From assembly GCA_048939245.1 (NCBI GenBank), contig JBHLPR010000044.1, positions 1 through 18,197 of the forward strand: a stretch of 18,197 bases of DNA, written 5' to 3'. A program made the translations under genes and the position numbers. Within the stretch, counting starts at the first letter, position 1; each line of letters starts with the position of its first letter. Source of the DNA: Promethearchaeota archaeon. GTDB taxonomy: Archaea > Asgardarchaeota > Hermodarchaeia > Hermodarchaeales > Hermodarchaeaceae. The notes below the pieces were generated by a model. It did no database searches and had not been told where the DNA came from. It saw nothing but the letters and a program-made list of their open reading frames with translations. Below are positions 6,890 to 15,430 of the stretch, piece by piece.

Positions 6890-9800
6890 ATGGTTTCGTT
6901 GCTCTTTGGAGGTAGTTGGGTTAAGTCCACGTGGTTAGTGGTATTTCTGGTTCTCGTGCTGAGTGTTCCATTTTTTGTCTATGAAAACTCTCCAATACAG
7001 ATACTAGCTGCTGAAACGTCTTCGGAAACAACTTCAACTCCTTTACACACCTCGTCCCTGACAGAGAGTAAGCACCCATATAACACACCTGATTCAGTCA
7101 AATCCCCAGCACCGGCGATTCCTGCGTTTGAAGGCGTCGGCAGTAACTTCACTGCGACACAATATATCGAAAGAATGGACTCTGCTTATGTGACCACGGG
7201 GATATGGGGCGATGATCCTTACGAACGGGTAGACACCCATAATAAGACCATCACGTATTCTCAGCCTGCTGAAGGCACCATTAGTCATATGGCTTGCTCC
7301 GTTGATAACGTCTATGGCTATGATGAACGGATTGGCTTGGTACCCAACGGGGATTTCGAGGTTTACCCTTACACCGATGGTGGTGGGCATTGGCACACAT
7401 CCACGGGAGGAACCGGACATCCAATGTGCATACATGGATGGAAACTTCCAACACCCCCTCCTATAGAATCTCCAGGATGGCTTACAATGACGGTAGCCTC
7501 CAGTTTTACCGATATCGCCCATTCCAGCCGCGGTGAAATCAGTAGCTGGGTAGACACAAGTCCTCTCCCCGCAGGAGAATACGTGCGAGCCTTTTTGCAT
7601 TTTGACCTCACTGTTCTTGAACAGGTACTCCCATTCACTTACGTCGAGGAAACCGAAGTTCGACTCAAATTTGACGGTTCGACCATCTGGCACCGCAACT
7701 ATGGTCGCATTGATGGTGATATTGATGGTGAACAAAGAGGACATGACTATGAGAATGTTTATGTTGATGTCACGAATCGTATTGGTTCGGGGGGCTCATT
7801 TGAAATTAGGCTATACTGTATATCCACAACCTCCTGCACTTTGATCGCCTCAAGCTCTGTTACGACCTCTTGGAGCGATATTAAGCTCTTTGTGACGGAA
7901 AAAATACCGATTTCGCCGACGGGCGTGTATATTAAAGATTTAGCTTCGAGTCAGAAGCACTATTTTGATTCACAAGGTCTTGTTGATTTTTCTACAACGG
8001 CTACTGCATGGGAATTCGGACCAGACCCCCATCATTACATGGATGCGAATTGGACGATTACAGCAACCGTTTTTGAAACAAAGAATATGACTTCGAGCTT
8101 CTCTGTAGCTATCGATGCTCCGTCTGTGTCATGGGAGGTATTATCTCCGTCTTTAAGTGTACCGACAACTCCTGGATGGATTCATGCGCGATATGAATCT
8201 ATGTTTCCCCTCACATGGACATATAGTCAGAGTGAAGCAGGAATTGGAAGCCACTGGGAGGACTCTCCGCATATGCTAAGTTACTATACAAACGGTTGGC
8301 ATCAATTTCTCTCACCGAATGACGCAATAGATGACATCGTAGTAGCCATGCAAAACCACTCACAGATTATTAGAAGTCCGTGTTATCATTTCATGCGAGG
8401 GGAACAATATGCGGTCGACGCCTTTGGCATCATAGGGAGCTATTTTCTAGACGTGTATAATCCAAATGCCTACCATGAGAGTGGAAATGGCTGGATACAA
8501 AGTAACGAGATGTGGAAACACAATAACACAGGACAAATCTTAACGCTTCCTCTCGATGCACCCTTAGGCAGCTATACCGCTGTTGTCAGTTATTTAGGTA
8601 CAGATCCTCTAATCCAAGTTGGCTATTCTTCCGTACAATTTGAAGTAAACGAATATCCTATCACTACCATGGACTCTGAAATCAACCCAGATGGCACCGT
8701 AACGGTTTCTGGTCAACTCGGTTTTGAAGCTGGCGGAGATTACAAAGTCTATATCGCCCGAGTGCTTTTACAAACGCCTGCAATTGATGCATACTATAAC
8801 CGACTTTTTGGTGACATGCTTCTTCACCACTGGTATCAAAGTGATTGCCTTATTTCCGTAACAGGGGAAACAATCGGCATCCAATTTTCAGTGAATAACA
8901 CTGGTCTGGAGAAAGAAAGTGTAAACGTGATAGTTCGTTTCATGAGTCTTGCAGGACGTTCCTATGTTTTGTTTGAGAAATCTAGCCTTGTAGCAACTTG
9001 GGAAACAAATCAAATCCAAGAATTTGATTGGGCGAATATATGGATTGGACCTGTGGGCAATAATACCATGTTACGGCATGGTTTCTATTTCATGGAACTT
9101 GAAATCAATGGACACCGCGTCGGTCTTCATAATGAAGAATACGGATCATATCTTGCCGTGACAGATTCACCTTCACTACATGGGCGGGTTGCTCGGATAC
9201 ACACGATTTCTGTTGAACCCCCTGATTTTTCATCGGAGTTTCGTCGAGAATTTCCTTCTCACCTGTCGATTCCTGGAACAAACTATTTCCTTGCAACAGT
9301 CATAGATTCGCATCACATCACAGCGGATAGTGTTCTTGTGTGTAATGAGCGCTTAAAGTTGAAGTTGACCCTAGAACCCCCAACTTATGTTAACCGTTCC
9401 TATCATGGATGTACGGTAGTTCATCCAAATGGTTCAATTCTTGCCATTGCAAGAATCTGGGGGGAAGGTCCACGATTCTCCGATTATTACCATTCAGGTC
9501 GAGAGTATGTCCTTGATTACTATGTGAAGTGGGATACTGAATTCGAGTATTTCGGTTCCATACCAATCATTCAACATGGTTCTGGTGGCGCATTAAATGG
9601 GGGAGGCTTTCTGCAGGTAGAGTCCACAGAACATTCGCCAGGATCTTATCCGCTGTTAATCGAGTACCAAGGAGATGATTTCACCCATCCCTGCTACCTG
9701 AACAACACACTCGATTTTGCCCCCTCTTCCATAACAACGCCTGTTCCTGGTCCTGGAACAAGTGCAAGCTTTGGTGGACGCGGTTCAGTGTCAGCACAAT

Positions 9801-10174
9801 TGCTAGCATGGACCTATGATGCAAATGATGGGTGGATGTTTACGGGGTACAGACCTATCGCTGGTAAAGAATTGGCCTTTGCAATTTTCAATGGGGTCGC
9901 ATGGCAAATTCTGGGAGTGGGAACTACCGATTCTAATGGATGGGCTCAAATCTATTATACAGCTAATTTCCTTCCAGGATCATACAGAATTCAAGTAATC
10001 TTCAGTGGTTCGGGATTTATCGCAGGCTCGGTGGCAGAATATAATGTTACCATTGGTTATAATGTTCTATTCATTGGGATTATTACTCCAGTCATCGTTG
10101 TTCCCATCGTTATCTCTGTCTTTGTAATTCGAAAAAGAAGAACACGTGGTATTGAGGGAGGTGAAGGGGCTTAG
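6890..10174 (+). CDS. Large multidomain cell-surface glycoprotein (beta-sandwich/Ig-like domains, C-terminal TM anchor)
   Basis: 1094-aa ORF with GGAGG SD. N-terminal hydrophobic helix, Ser/Thr/Pro linker, NGDFE motif typical of CBM4/9-like jelly-roll starts. Ig-like motifs LPLDAPLGSYTAVVSY, FSVNNTG and TTDSNGWAQI..LPGSYRIQVIFSG. C-terminal TM plus RKRR. Confidence 0.85.
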   Translation: MVSLLFGGSWVKSTWLVVFLVLVLSVPFFVYENSPIQILAAETSSETTSTPLHTSSLTESKHPYNTPDSVKSPAPAIPAFEGVGSNFTATQYIERMDSAYVTTGIWGDDPYERVDTHNKTITYSQPAEGTISHMACSVDNVYGYDERIGLVPNGDFEVYPYTDGGGHWHTSTGGTGHPMCIHGWKLPTPPPIESPGWLTMTVASSFTDIAHSSRGEISSWVDTSPLPAGEYVRAFLHFDLTVLEQVLPFTYVEETEVRLKFDGSTIWHRNYGRIDGDIDGEQRGHDYENVYVDVTNRIGSGGSFEIRLYCISTTSCTLIASSSVTTSWSDIKLFVTEKIPISPTGVYIKDLASSQKHYFDSQGLVDFSTTATAWEFGPDPHHYMDANWTITATVFETKNMTSSFSVAIDAPSVSWEVLSPSLSVPTTPGWIHARYESMFPLTWTYSQSEAGIGSHWEDSPHMLSYYTNGWHQFLSPNDAIDDIVVAMQNHSQIIRSPCYHFMRGEQYAVDAFGIIGSYFLDVYNPNAYHESGNGWIQSNEMWKHNNTGQILTLPLDAPLGSYTAVVSYLGTDPLIQVGYSSVQFEVNEYPITTMDSEINPDGTVTVSGQLGFEAGGDYKVYIARVLLQTPAIDAYYNRLFGDMLLHHWYQSDCLISVTGETIGIQFSVNNTGLEKESVNVIVRFMSLAGRSYVLFEKSSLVATWETNQIQEFDWANIWIGPVGNNTMLRHGFYFMELEINGHRVGLHNEEYGSYLAVTDSPSLHGRVARIHTISVEPPDFSSEFRREFPSHLSIPGTNYFLATVIDSHHITADSVLVCNERLKLKLTLEPPTYVNRSYHGCTVVHPNGSILAIARIWGEGPRFSDYYHSGREYVLDYYVKWDTEFEYFGSIPIIQHGSGGALNGGGFLQVESTEHSPGSYPLLIEYQGDDFTHPCYLNNTLDFAPSSITTPVPGPGTSASFGGRGSVSAQLLAWTYDANDGWMFTGYRPIAGKELAFAIFNGVAWQILGVGTTDSNGWAQIYYTANFLPGSYRIQVIFSGSGFIAGSVAEYNVTIGYNVLFIGIITPVIVVPIVISVFVIRKRRTRGIEGGEGA

Positions 10175-10248
10175 AGAAACACGCAGCTATTTGTGAATTC
10201 TTCGGTTAGCTTATGCTTTAGACTAAAAGACTCTTGGAGGGATGAGAT

Positions 10249-10773
10249 GTGACACGGAAATCTGTTCTATTCCTAGCAACTTTGGGTATGCTCTTTCTGC
10301 TAATCCCAACAGTCAGTGCAGATGGCTACTGGTATCCGATGGTATTGAATGGGTACATCAATCAACCGTTGTTCAGTATGCAATATTATCATACGGTAAA
10401 AACAACCGAACATTCCCAGGAAAAATTTGATTATAATTGGACTTCAGGAGCTGTCGCGATTAATTACTATGTGTTTACCGGAGAAAATTTTGAGAATTGG
10501 TCACTTGGATTGCCTTGTAGTGCTGACGTGTCTTCTGAAAATATCACTTCGGGTTATGACTCGTATAGAACATATGGCACAAATCAGACGTGGGTTTTTG
10601 TCTGGTTCAATCCTTCATTGACCTCCACTCAACTTGTAGGAACGTATGAAAGATATCGGTGGGTGGAAGTCGATGGGTTTATTCCAGGCTTTCCATGGGA
10701 CGCTATTCTGATCGGTACACTTAGCGCAGTCGTACTAGTCCTTATCATGAGAAAGAAAAATCGCAGAAATTAA
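10249..10773 (+). CDS. Small secreted beta-sandwich protein with IPGFP-TM-basic C-terminal sorting-like signal (PGF-/Loki-CTERM-like)
   Basis: Signal peptide ending VSA. Core INYYVFTGENFENW...TWVFVWFNP resembles archaeal GOLD/DUF1883-like domains. C-terminus FIPGFPWDAILIGTLSAVVLVLIMRKKNRRN. GGAGG SD at 10236-10240. Confidence 0.82.
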   Translation: MTRKSVLFLATLGMLFLLIPTVSADGYWYPMVLNGYINQPLFSMQYYHTVKTTEHSQEKFDYNWTSGAVAINYYVFTGENFENWSLGLPCSADVSSENITSGYDSYRTYGTNQTWVFVWFNPSLTSTQLVGTYERYRWVEVDGFIPGFPWDAILIGTLSAVVLVLIMRKKNRRN

Positions 10774-10884
10774 CACCCAAAGTATTCACTTGCCTTTCCT
10801 ATGACTCAGCTCTATAAAATTACCTCACTGGATGATATTAAATCATTTAAATGCGATGATGTAGCGGACACAGAACTTTCTAAA

Positions 10885-11214
10885 TCAGGTCTTTTCAGCA
10901 ATTAATCTCAGTAATTCCACAATTCTTTCTTCATTGATTTCCTGAACCGTGCGAATCTTGAGGTGTCGCATAGTCTTCCCCGTGCCCTCAAAAAGCGCTA
11001 ACTCTTCATCGGACAGCCCTTTAATTGAAAAGCCTAAATTCACGTGGTCTTTGAGCGCTACAATGTAGAAGCGGCCATTATGGAAGTTTGGGACGCCCCA
11101 TTTCATCTCCTCTGTCGCATCGGAAAACGTGTTCAAAATAATTTCTCGGAGTTTCCGGAGAATCTCTTTCTGTGGTGAGCTTTGTTGTTCGATATATGTG
11201 TCAACAGTGGTCAT
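10885..11214 (-). CDS. DUF1801 (YdhG-like) domain protein
   Basis: VDTYIE..LRKLREII..EEMKWGVPNF..KDHVNLGF..EGTGKTMRHLKI. Start placed at ATG 11214 because a GGTGA SD lies just upstream (rc of 11223-11227), rather than at TTG 11250. Confidence 0.88.
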   Translation of the reverse strand: MTTVDTYIEQQSSPQKEILRKLREIILNTFSDATEEMKWGVPNFHNGRFYIVALKDHVNLGFSIKGLSDEELALFEGTGKTMRHLKIRTVQEINEERIVELLRLIAEKT

Positions 11215-11286
11215 CGCGCAAATCACCGCCGCTTCCTTTTTTTTCGACAATTTAGTTTGTTCTCAGAATTGCTTGATTAACCTCTG

Positions 11287-12159
11287 CTAGGTGATTTGTG
11301 TCTCAGGAGGCTTTGAGGTCCTTTTTAGAAGAAGGGCGATTACTGCTCCAAAGCAAAGGGAACTAGCAAATATCTCGATGCCATGGATTAATCGCAGAAA
11401 TAGCGGAAAGGTTTCTACGATAGCAAAGATGGCCAGTCCCCCACCAATATAGAGAAATGCCACCATGACAAGGAATAGCTGCTTGGGCTCAAGCCTAAGT
11501 GTTGTGAGTAAGGGAATCAATGAACCCAAATAAATGAAACCACGGAGCACTTGTATCATTAACACAATTTCAACACTGGGAAGAATCAAGTACCATGGGG
11601 ATGAGGGATCAGCATAATAGGGGGCAACAAATGGAGCCACGATGTTTCCAAAGATGAAATAAATAAGAACCCATGCAAACGCCGCAAGCACATAACGCCC
11701 CAACCAGTCTAGTGGCCTCCGTTGCCCAAAATACTCCCGCAACTCATGTGAGAATGAACTGGTTCCATCGACGGGAACAAACAAGACTCCAGCCAAGAGA
11801 GCATACAGGAAACTGAGTAATAATCCAAAGAGGGCACCAGCCACAAGAATAACCACGTTATCCAAGATTGTTGTAAAGAAGAACCCTTCAATCATCGGAT
11901 TGAAAAACTGGATAACGAATAACGGAAGCAACACCACGAGAATGCGCATTTTCCGAGAAATCGCTAGTTGGAGCATTACAACTCCCAGAAGAAAGCCATA
12001 CAAGATTCCAACAATCACAACACCAATCACGTAGGGAAGAGTGATTCCGACCTGTTGGAGGGGAAACACCACTCCCAGAACTGTGTAGGCTAGGGCAAAA
12101 ATAATCACTCTCACCAGTAGACTCTTTGAGAGGTTGAAGGAGCTGTTGTTATTGCTCAA
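11287..12159 (-). CDS. Polytopic membrane protein (~8 TM, apparent 2x4-TM internal duplication), function unknown
   Basis: 290-aa highly hydrophobic ORF. The two halves begin similarly (LVRVIIFALAYTVLG vs LGRYVLAAFAWVLIY) and are separated by a polar linker. Confidence 0.8.
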   Translation of the reverse strand: MSNNNSSFNLSKSLLVRVIIFALAYTVLGVVFPLQQVGITLPYVIGVVIVGILYGFLLGVVMLQLAISRKMRILVVLLPLFVIQFFNPMIEGFFFTTILDNVVILVAGALFGLLLSFLYALLAGVLFVPVDGTSSFSHELREYFGQRRPLDWLGRYVLAAFAWVLIYFIFGNIVAPFVAPYYADPSSPWYLILPSVEIVLMIQVLRGFIYLGSLIPLLTTLRLEPKQLFLVMVAFLYIGGGLAIFAIVETFPLFLRLIHGIEIFASSLCFGAVIALLLKRTSKPPETQIT

Positions 12160-12203
12160 AGCAAAACCATCCTATTTCTGAATTGTTTGAAGCTATAATG
12201 TTA

Positions 12204-12266
12204 ATACCCCAAATATGTGACGTCTAACTCAACCTGTATCTAAGGTTTCCTGCAATATTTGGGTAT
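12204..12266. repeat. Intergenic inverted repeat with nested hairpin
   Basis: ATACCCCAAATAT (12204-12216) / ATATTTGGGTAT (12255-12266) enclosing AACCT(12231-35)/AGGTT(12243-47). Confidence 0.55.
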
Positions 12267-12290
12267 ATGGCGAACTATGTTGAAGGGTGT

Positions 12291-12731
12291 TTACCAGATA
12301 ATCGTTTTCTTCTGGTGCTTATTATAGCAATCATCACAAACACGTAAGTGGATGTTAGCTTCGCTGTTTTCAAGTGTGTGATCAAGGATTTCATTGTCTT
12401 GAATGGGTAATGTAGCGCCGCAGAGGTTACATCGGTAAATGGCTTCGATTTGAAACTGGATTACTCGTGATGGGCAAGTATAGACCCGGATATTTCGCTG
12501 GGGACTTCCGAGCTCCCGCACATCGCCTAGGACTCGGAATGAATATAGCAGCGGATACATGCCAACAAAACTTTCGGAGCAGATCCCTTCCGGTGTATTC
12601 CACGTAAACTCAAAGGCTTCCCCTACTTTATGATTGGCGCGACACTCTCCTTCTTTCACCACGATTATACGAAACTGGACTGGTTCTATCCAGGTATCTC
12701 CGATTTTTAACACATCATTTTTTGGTTTCAT
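12291..12731 (-). CDS. TIGR04076-family protein with C-terminal Zn-ribbon
   Basis: GECRANHKVGEAFEF..TPEGICSE..YP..TCPS..IQFQI pattern of TIGR04076, followed by CNLCG...CDDC. GAGGT SD upstream. Confidence 0.75.
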   Translation of the reverse strand: MKPKNDVLKIGDTWIEPVQFRIIVVKEGECRANHKVGEAFEFTWNTPEGICSESFVGMYPLLYSFRVLGDVRELGSPQRNIRVYTCPSRVIQFQIEAIYRCNLCGATLPIQDNEILDHTLENSEANIHLRVCDDCYNKHQKKTIIW

Positions 12732-12842
12732 TTCTACCTCGTCCTCTGAAGATCTCTTTGTTTTTTGGAATACTGTTCTATATGTATAAAAGGGGATTGA
12801 GGCTCTCGAGGCGTTGGCACCTGGTGTATTCTTCTATACCTA

Positions 12843-13499
12843 TTATTCAAGGAGTACTAGTTCATCGAAGAATTGCACTTCAAGCAGTTTATGGACGACT
12901 CGGTTGAGAATAAATGCGAAGGGAATTAGAACAACATGGACGCTCATTGCGAGGAGGGCATAGACGATCATGTAAAGGGCACTCCAATCGAGTATGAAGG
13001 CATAATAGATAGTGGCGGGAACGAGGAGCCCGAGGAAAGTCCAGAGTCCGCCTGTGAACATAGCGAGTAATTCATTTCTAGTGCGCAGTAGTGAGATAAG
13101 AAGGCAGGCAATGCCCCAAGTGCTAAAGGTGAATATGAGGTTTACCAAGAGTTCCCCTCCACACCCAAAGAGTGCACACCATAACAACTCCCCGAGAGCC
13201 AGACTCGGAAAACAAATGGCGATTACCATTAACGGTCGAACCATGGCGCTAAACGAATACAGGAAAATAGGAGTTATTAGTACAAAAAAGACAACCGAAA
13301 CCCATTGTGTCGGAATGAGTATTGGAAGTCGAAGAAAGGTAGAGGTCGCGAGAATAGAAAAGGCGTAAAGCAAAGCAATCGCAATGAATTTCGTCTGCGC
13401 TTGCATTTCAAAGATGGACTGCTTACTCTCTACGGTATCTGACGAATCTGGTTGGATCTGTTGTTCAGTTCGCTTACCATATTCCAAACTTGCGACCAC
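12843..13499 (-). CDS. Six-TM membrane protein, ECF transporter S-component-like
   Basis: About 6 TM helices. TFLRLPILIP hairpin after TM1, SLALGELL and LLAMFTGG segments resemble ECF S-components. GTG start abuts the upstream stop; the true start may be the later ATG (MQAQTK). Confidence 0.6.
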   Translation of the reverse strand: MVASLEYGKRTEQQIQPDSSDTVESKQSIFEMQAQTKFIAIALLYAFSILATSTFLRLPILIPTQWVSVVFFVLITPIFLYSFSAMVRPLMVIAICFPSLALGELLWCALFGCGGELLVNLIFTFSTWGIACLLISLLRTRNELLAMFTGGLWTFLGLLVPATIYYAFILDWSALYMIVYALLAMSVHVVLIPFAFILNRVVHKLLEVQFFDELVLLE

Positions 13500-14513
13500 C
13501 TATTGCTTTCCTAGCCGTTCTTGTATTGGTTTTCTCCGCCTCACCATCACAAAGACAATAACGAGTGAAAAAATGGTTATGCTCCCAACACAAAGTATGC
13601 CCAAATTTTCATTAAGTGTGTCAGCCGGACTGGGCGCTCCAGTCTGTTGCGATACCAGTCTCTCGATATCATAGGAATGCTCGCCTTTTGCCAATTCTTC
13701 AGTGACATTCAACACTGCGATTCGGTCAAAGTCGCCACGGGAGTACAGGTAAAGAATGCCGTTCTGTTGATCACAGATATACGAAAACATAGTGGCTGGT
13801 ACAGCTGCGGTTTCAAGAACCATTTGACACCCTTCAAGCGTCAACTCTCCCATCACATTAAGCATAGCCTCGACCCTGTCATATCGTTCACCAAAACCAT
13901 GTGTGCTCTGGGCGTGGTTAACTGGTACCGATATCAGGTATTCTGCAGACTTGTTAGTCAACCAGAGTTTCCCACTGTCTGCTAATCCCACAACTACCAT
14001 ATCACCGGTTCTGTCGGCGATATGCACTTGTTGCCAATGTAGCATCAACAGATTATACGACTGAACCCATGCTTTTGCGTCTTCTACTGTTGCACACACC
14101 CGAAGCAAATCCAGCGAAAAAGTTCCCAAATAATCTGGTTTGCTTGGGTCACGATGAATCTCCGTGTCACTGACCACTGTTCCATCCAAACACAGGCCTT
14201 GGTCATTCATCCCGCCTATCGGAATCATCACGTTACGATGAATTCCATAACAAAATAGCACTAATCCAAACTGCCCCGGTGTTCCAGGTAAGAACCAAAT
14301 TCGTCCATGACGAAGGTTTTCATCCTCATTATCACAAAAGAAGACTCGTCCATCTCGGGAAATACTAAAAATGGTGCAAGAATCCATTGAACCATCTGTG
14401 CCTTGAAATGAAACAACAATAGTCCCAAGTACTAAAAGAAATACCAGTAAACCAATGAGCATATTATGGAAGTGCAATCGGGATACAGATACTGCCTTCA
14501 TAATGAAGTACAC
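13500..14513 (-). CDS. Membrane-anchored Cys-nucleophile Ntn hydrolase (choloylglycine hydrolase / peptidase C45-C59-like)
   Basis: Signal/TM helix, then S-C46-TIFS..FFCDNED, GGMNDQGL, LLRVCATVEDA, HIADRTGD..VV, RYDRVEAML, TMFSYICD. C-terminal TM plus RRRK. Confidence 0.85.
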   Translation of the reverse strand: MYFIMKAVSVSRLHFHNMLIGLLVFLLVLGTIVVSFQGTDGSMDSCTIFSISRDGRVFFCDNEDENLRHGRIWFLPGTPGQFGLVLFCYGIHRNVMIPIGGMNDQGLCLDGTVVSDTEIHRDPSKPDYLGTFSLDLLRVCATVEDAKAWVQSYNLLMLHWQQVHIADRTGDMVVVGLADSGKLWLTNKSAEYLISVPVNHAQSTHGFGERYDRVEAMLNVMGELTLEGCQMVLETAAVPATMFSYICDQQNGILYLYSRGDFDRIAVLNVTEELAKGEHSYDIERLVSQQTGAPSPADTLNENLGILCVGSITIFSLVIVFVMVRRRKPIQERLGKQ

Positions 14514-14668
14514 CTTATCGATGAAGTGGTACTTTTCAGCATGATATTGTTAAGGCTATCAATTATCCTCGAATCTGAAGACAGGATGGTTGAAATATCC
14601 TTGGAAACCAGTTAGTTTGGATTTTTACGTTTATTTCTCGTTGTTTTTCAAATTTTATTATTCTTAAA

Positions 14669-14683
14669 GGAGAAATTTATTAA
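14669..14683 (+). promoter_or_regulatory. Archaeal BRE + TATA promoter for the 14725 gene
   Basis: Purine-rich GGAGAAA directly followed by TTTATTAA, about 40 nt upstream of the ATG, in an AT-rich divergent intergenic region. Confidence 0.55.
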
Positions 14684-14724
14684 CCTCATTTTAAGTGGAG
14701 GTTATTGAGGGAATTTAATCGAAA

Positions 14725-15288
14725 ATGTCAACAGAGGATACGAAAGAAAAAGCACCACTCTGGACGCGCATGAAGACCCGATGGCGTCTGTGGGGGCCAT
14801 GGCGTCGCACCTTTATTTTACTGGATGTCGTCTTAATTCTCAATCTTTTGTTCATGCTGGGTGCCTGGATCCTTCACCCACTCATCATCATCGTGCCACC
14901 AGGCGGGATAGAAACCCACTTAGCCCTAGTTAGTCGGTTTCCGTTTCAATTTGTACCTGTTCTCGCCATTATCGGAAGCGCATTTTCCGCTGTAGTTACT
15001 CCGATGGATATGTTTCCAGATAAAAGATTCCGTGTTATAGCACTCTTTCTTATTTCATGGATGGGAACAATCACAACTTTGGTTTGCCTTTTTTTCCAAA
15101 ATCAGTGGTATTTGGTGATGAGCCCCATCACTGGATTGGTTCCAATTGAGCCCTACCCTGGCTATTGGGCACAAATGGGTCTCCAAAACGTCATTTACAA
15201 TCATCTTACCCTGCTGCCATTGTTAATGGTGTTGGGATTTTTTGGAATGATCATCGCCTATCTCTTCCAATATTGGATACTGGGTTAA
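14725..15288 (+). CDS. Hypothetical 4-TM membrane protein
   Basis: 187-aa ORF with a basic N-terminal amphipathic segment and four hydrophobic helices. BRE/TATA upstream. Confidence 0.8.
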   Translation: MSTEDTKEKAPLWTRMKTRWRLWGPWRRTFILLDVVLILNLLFMLGAWILHPLIIIVPPGGIETHLALVSRFPFQFVPVLAIIGSAFSAVVTPMDMFPDKRFRVIALFLISWMGTITTLVCLFFQNQWYLVMSPITGLVPIEPYPGYWAQMGLQNVIYNHLTLLPLLMVLGFFGMIIAYLFQYWILG

Positions 15289-15430
15289 CCTGCTTCCCTA
15301 CGACCAATCACGCATTACTGGCATCTGACTTGTTCCATCAAGCATGTGTTGGATATCATTTAGCTTGTACTCGTTTTTTCCGTTGATAGGCTTAGTTTTT
15401 ATAATTGTAGTAGTTTCGACGTTTCAATCG

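Noticed and set aside
7094-7744. 216-aa antisense ORF and the other short ORFs nested in larger genes (e.g. 2003-2236, 2240-2506, 5216-5482, 13012-13368, 13647-13985, 17470-17796)
   Set aside because: Shadow ORFs overlapping better-supported genes or features, with no recognisable motifs.
12222-12286. Integron attC-like boxes (GTTAGAC here on the - strand; also GTTAGGT at 2722 and GTTAGAC at 17268)
   Set aside because: No paired R''/L''-L'/R' inverted structure, genes are in mixed orientations with their own promoters, and there is no integrase in the window.
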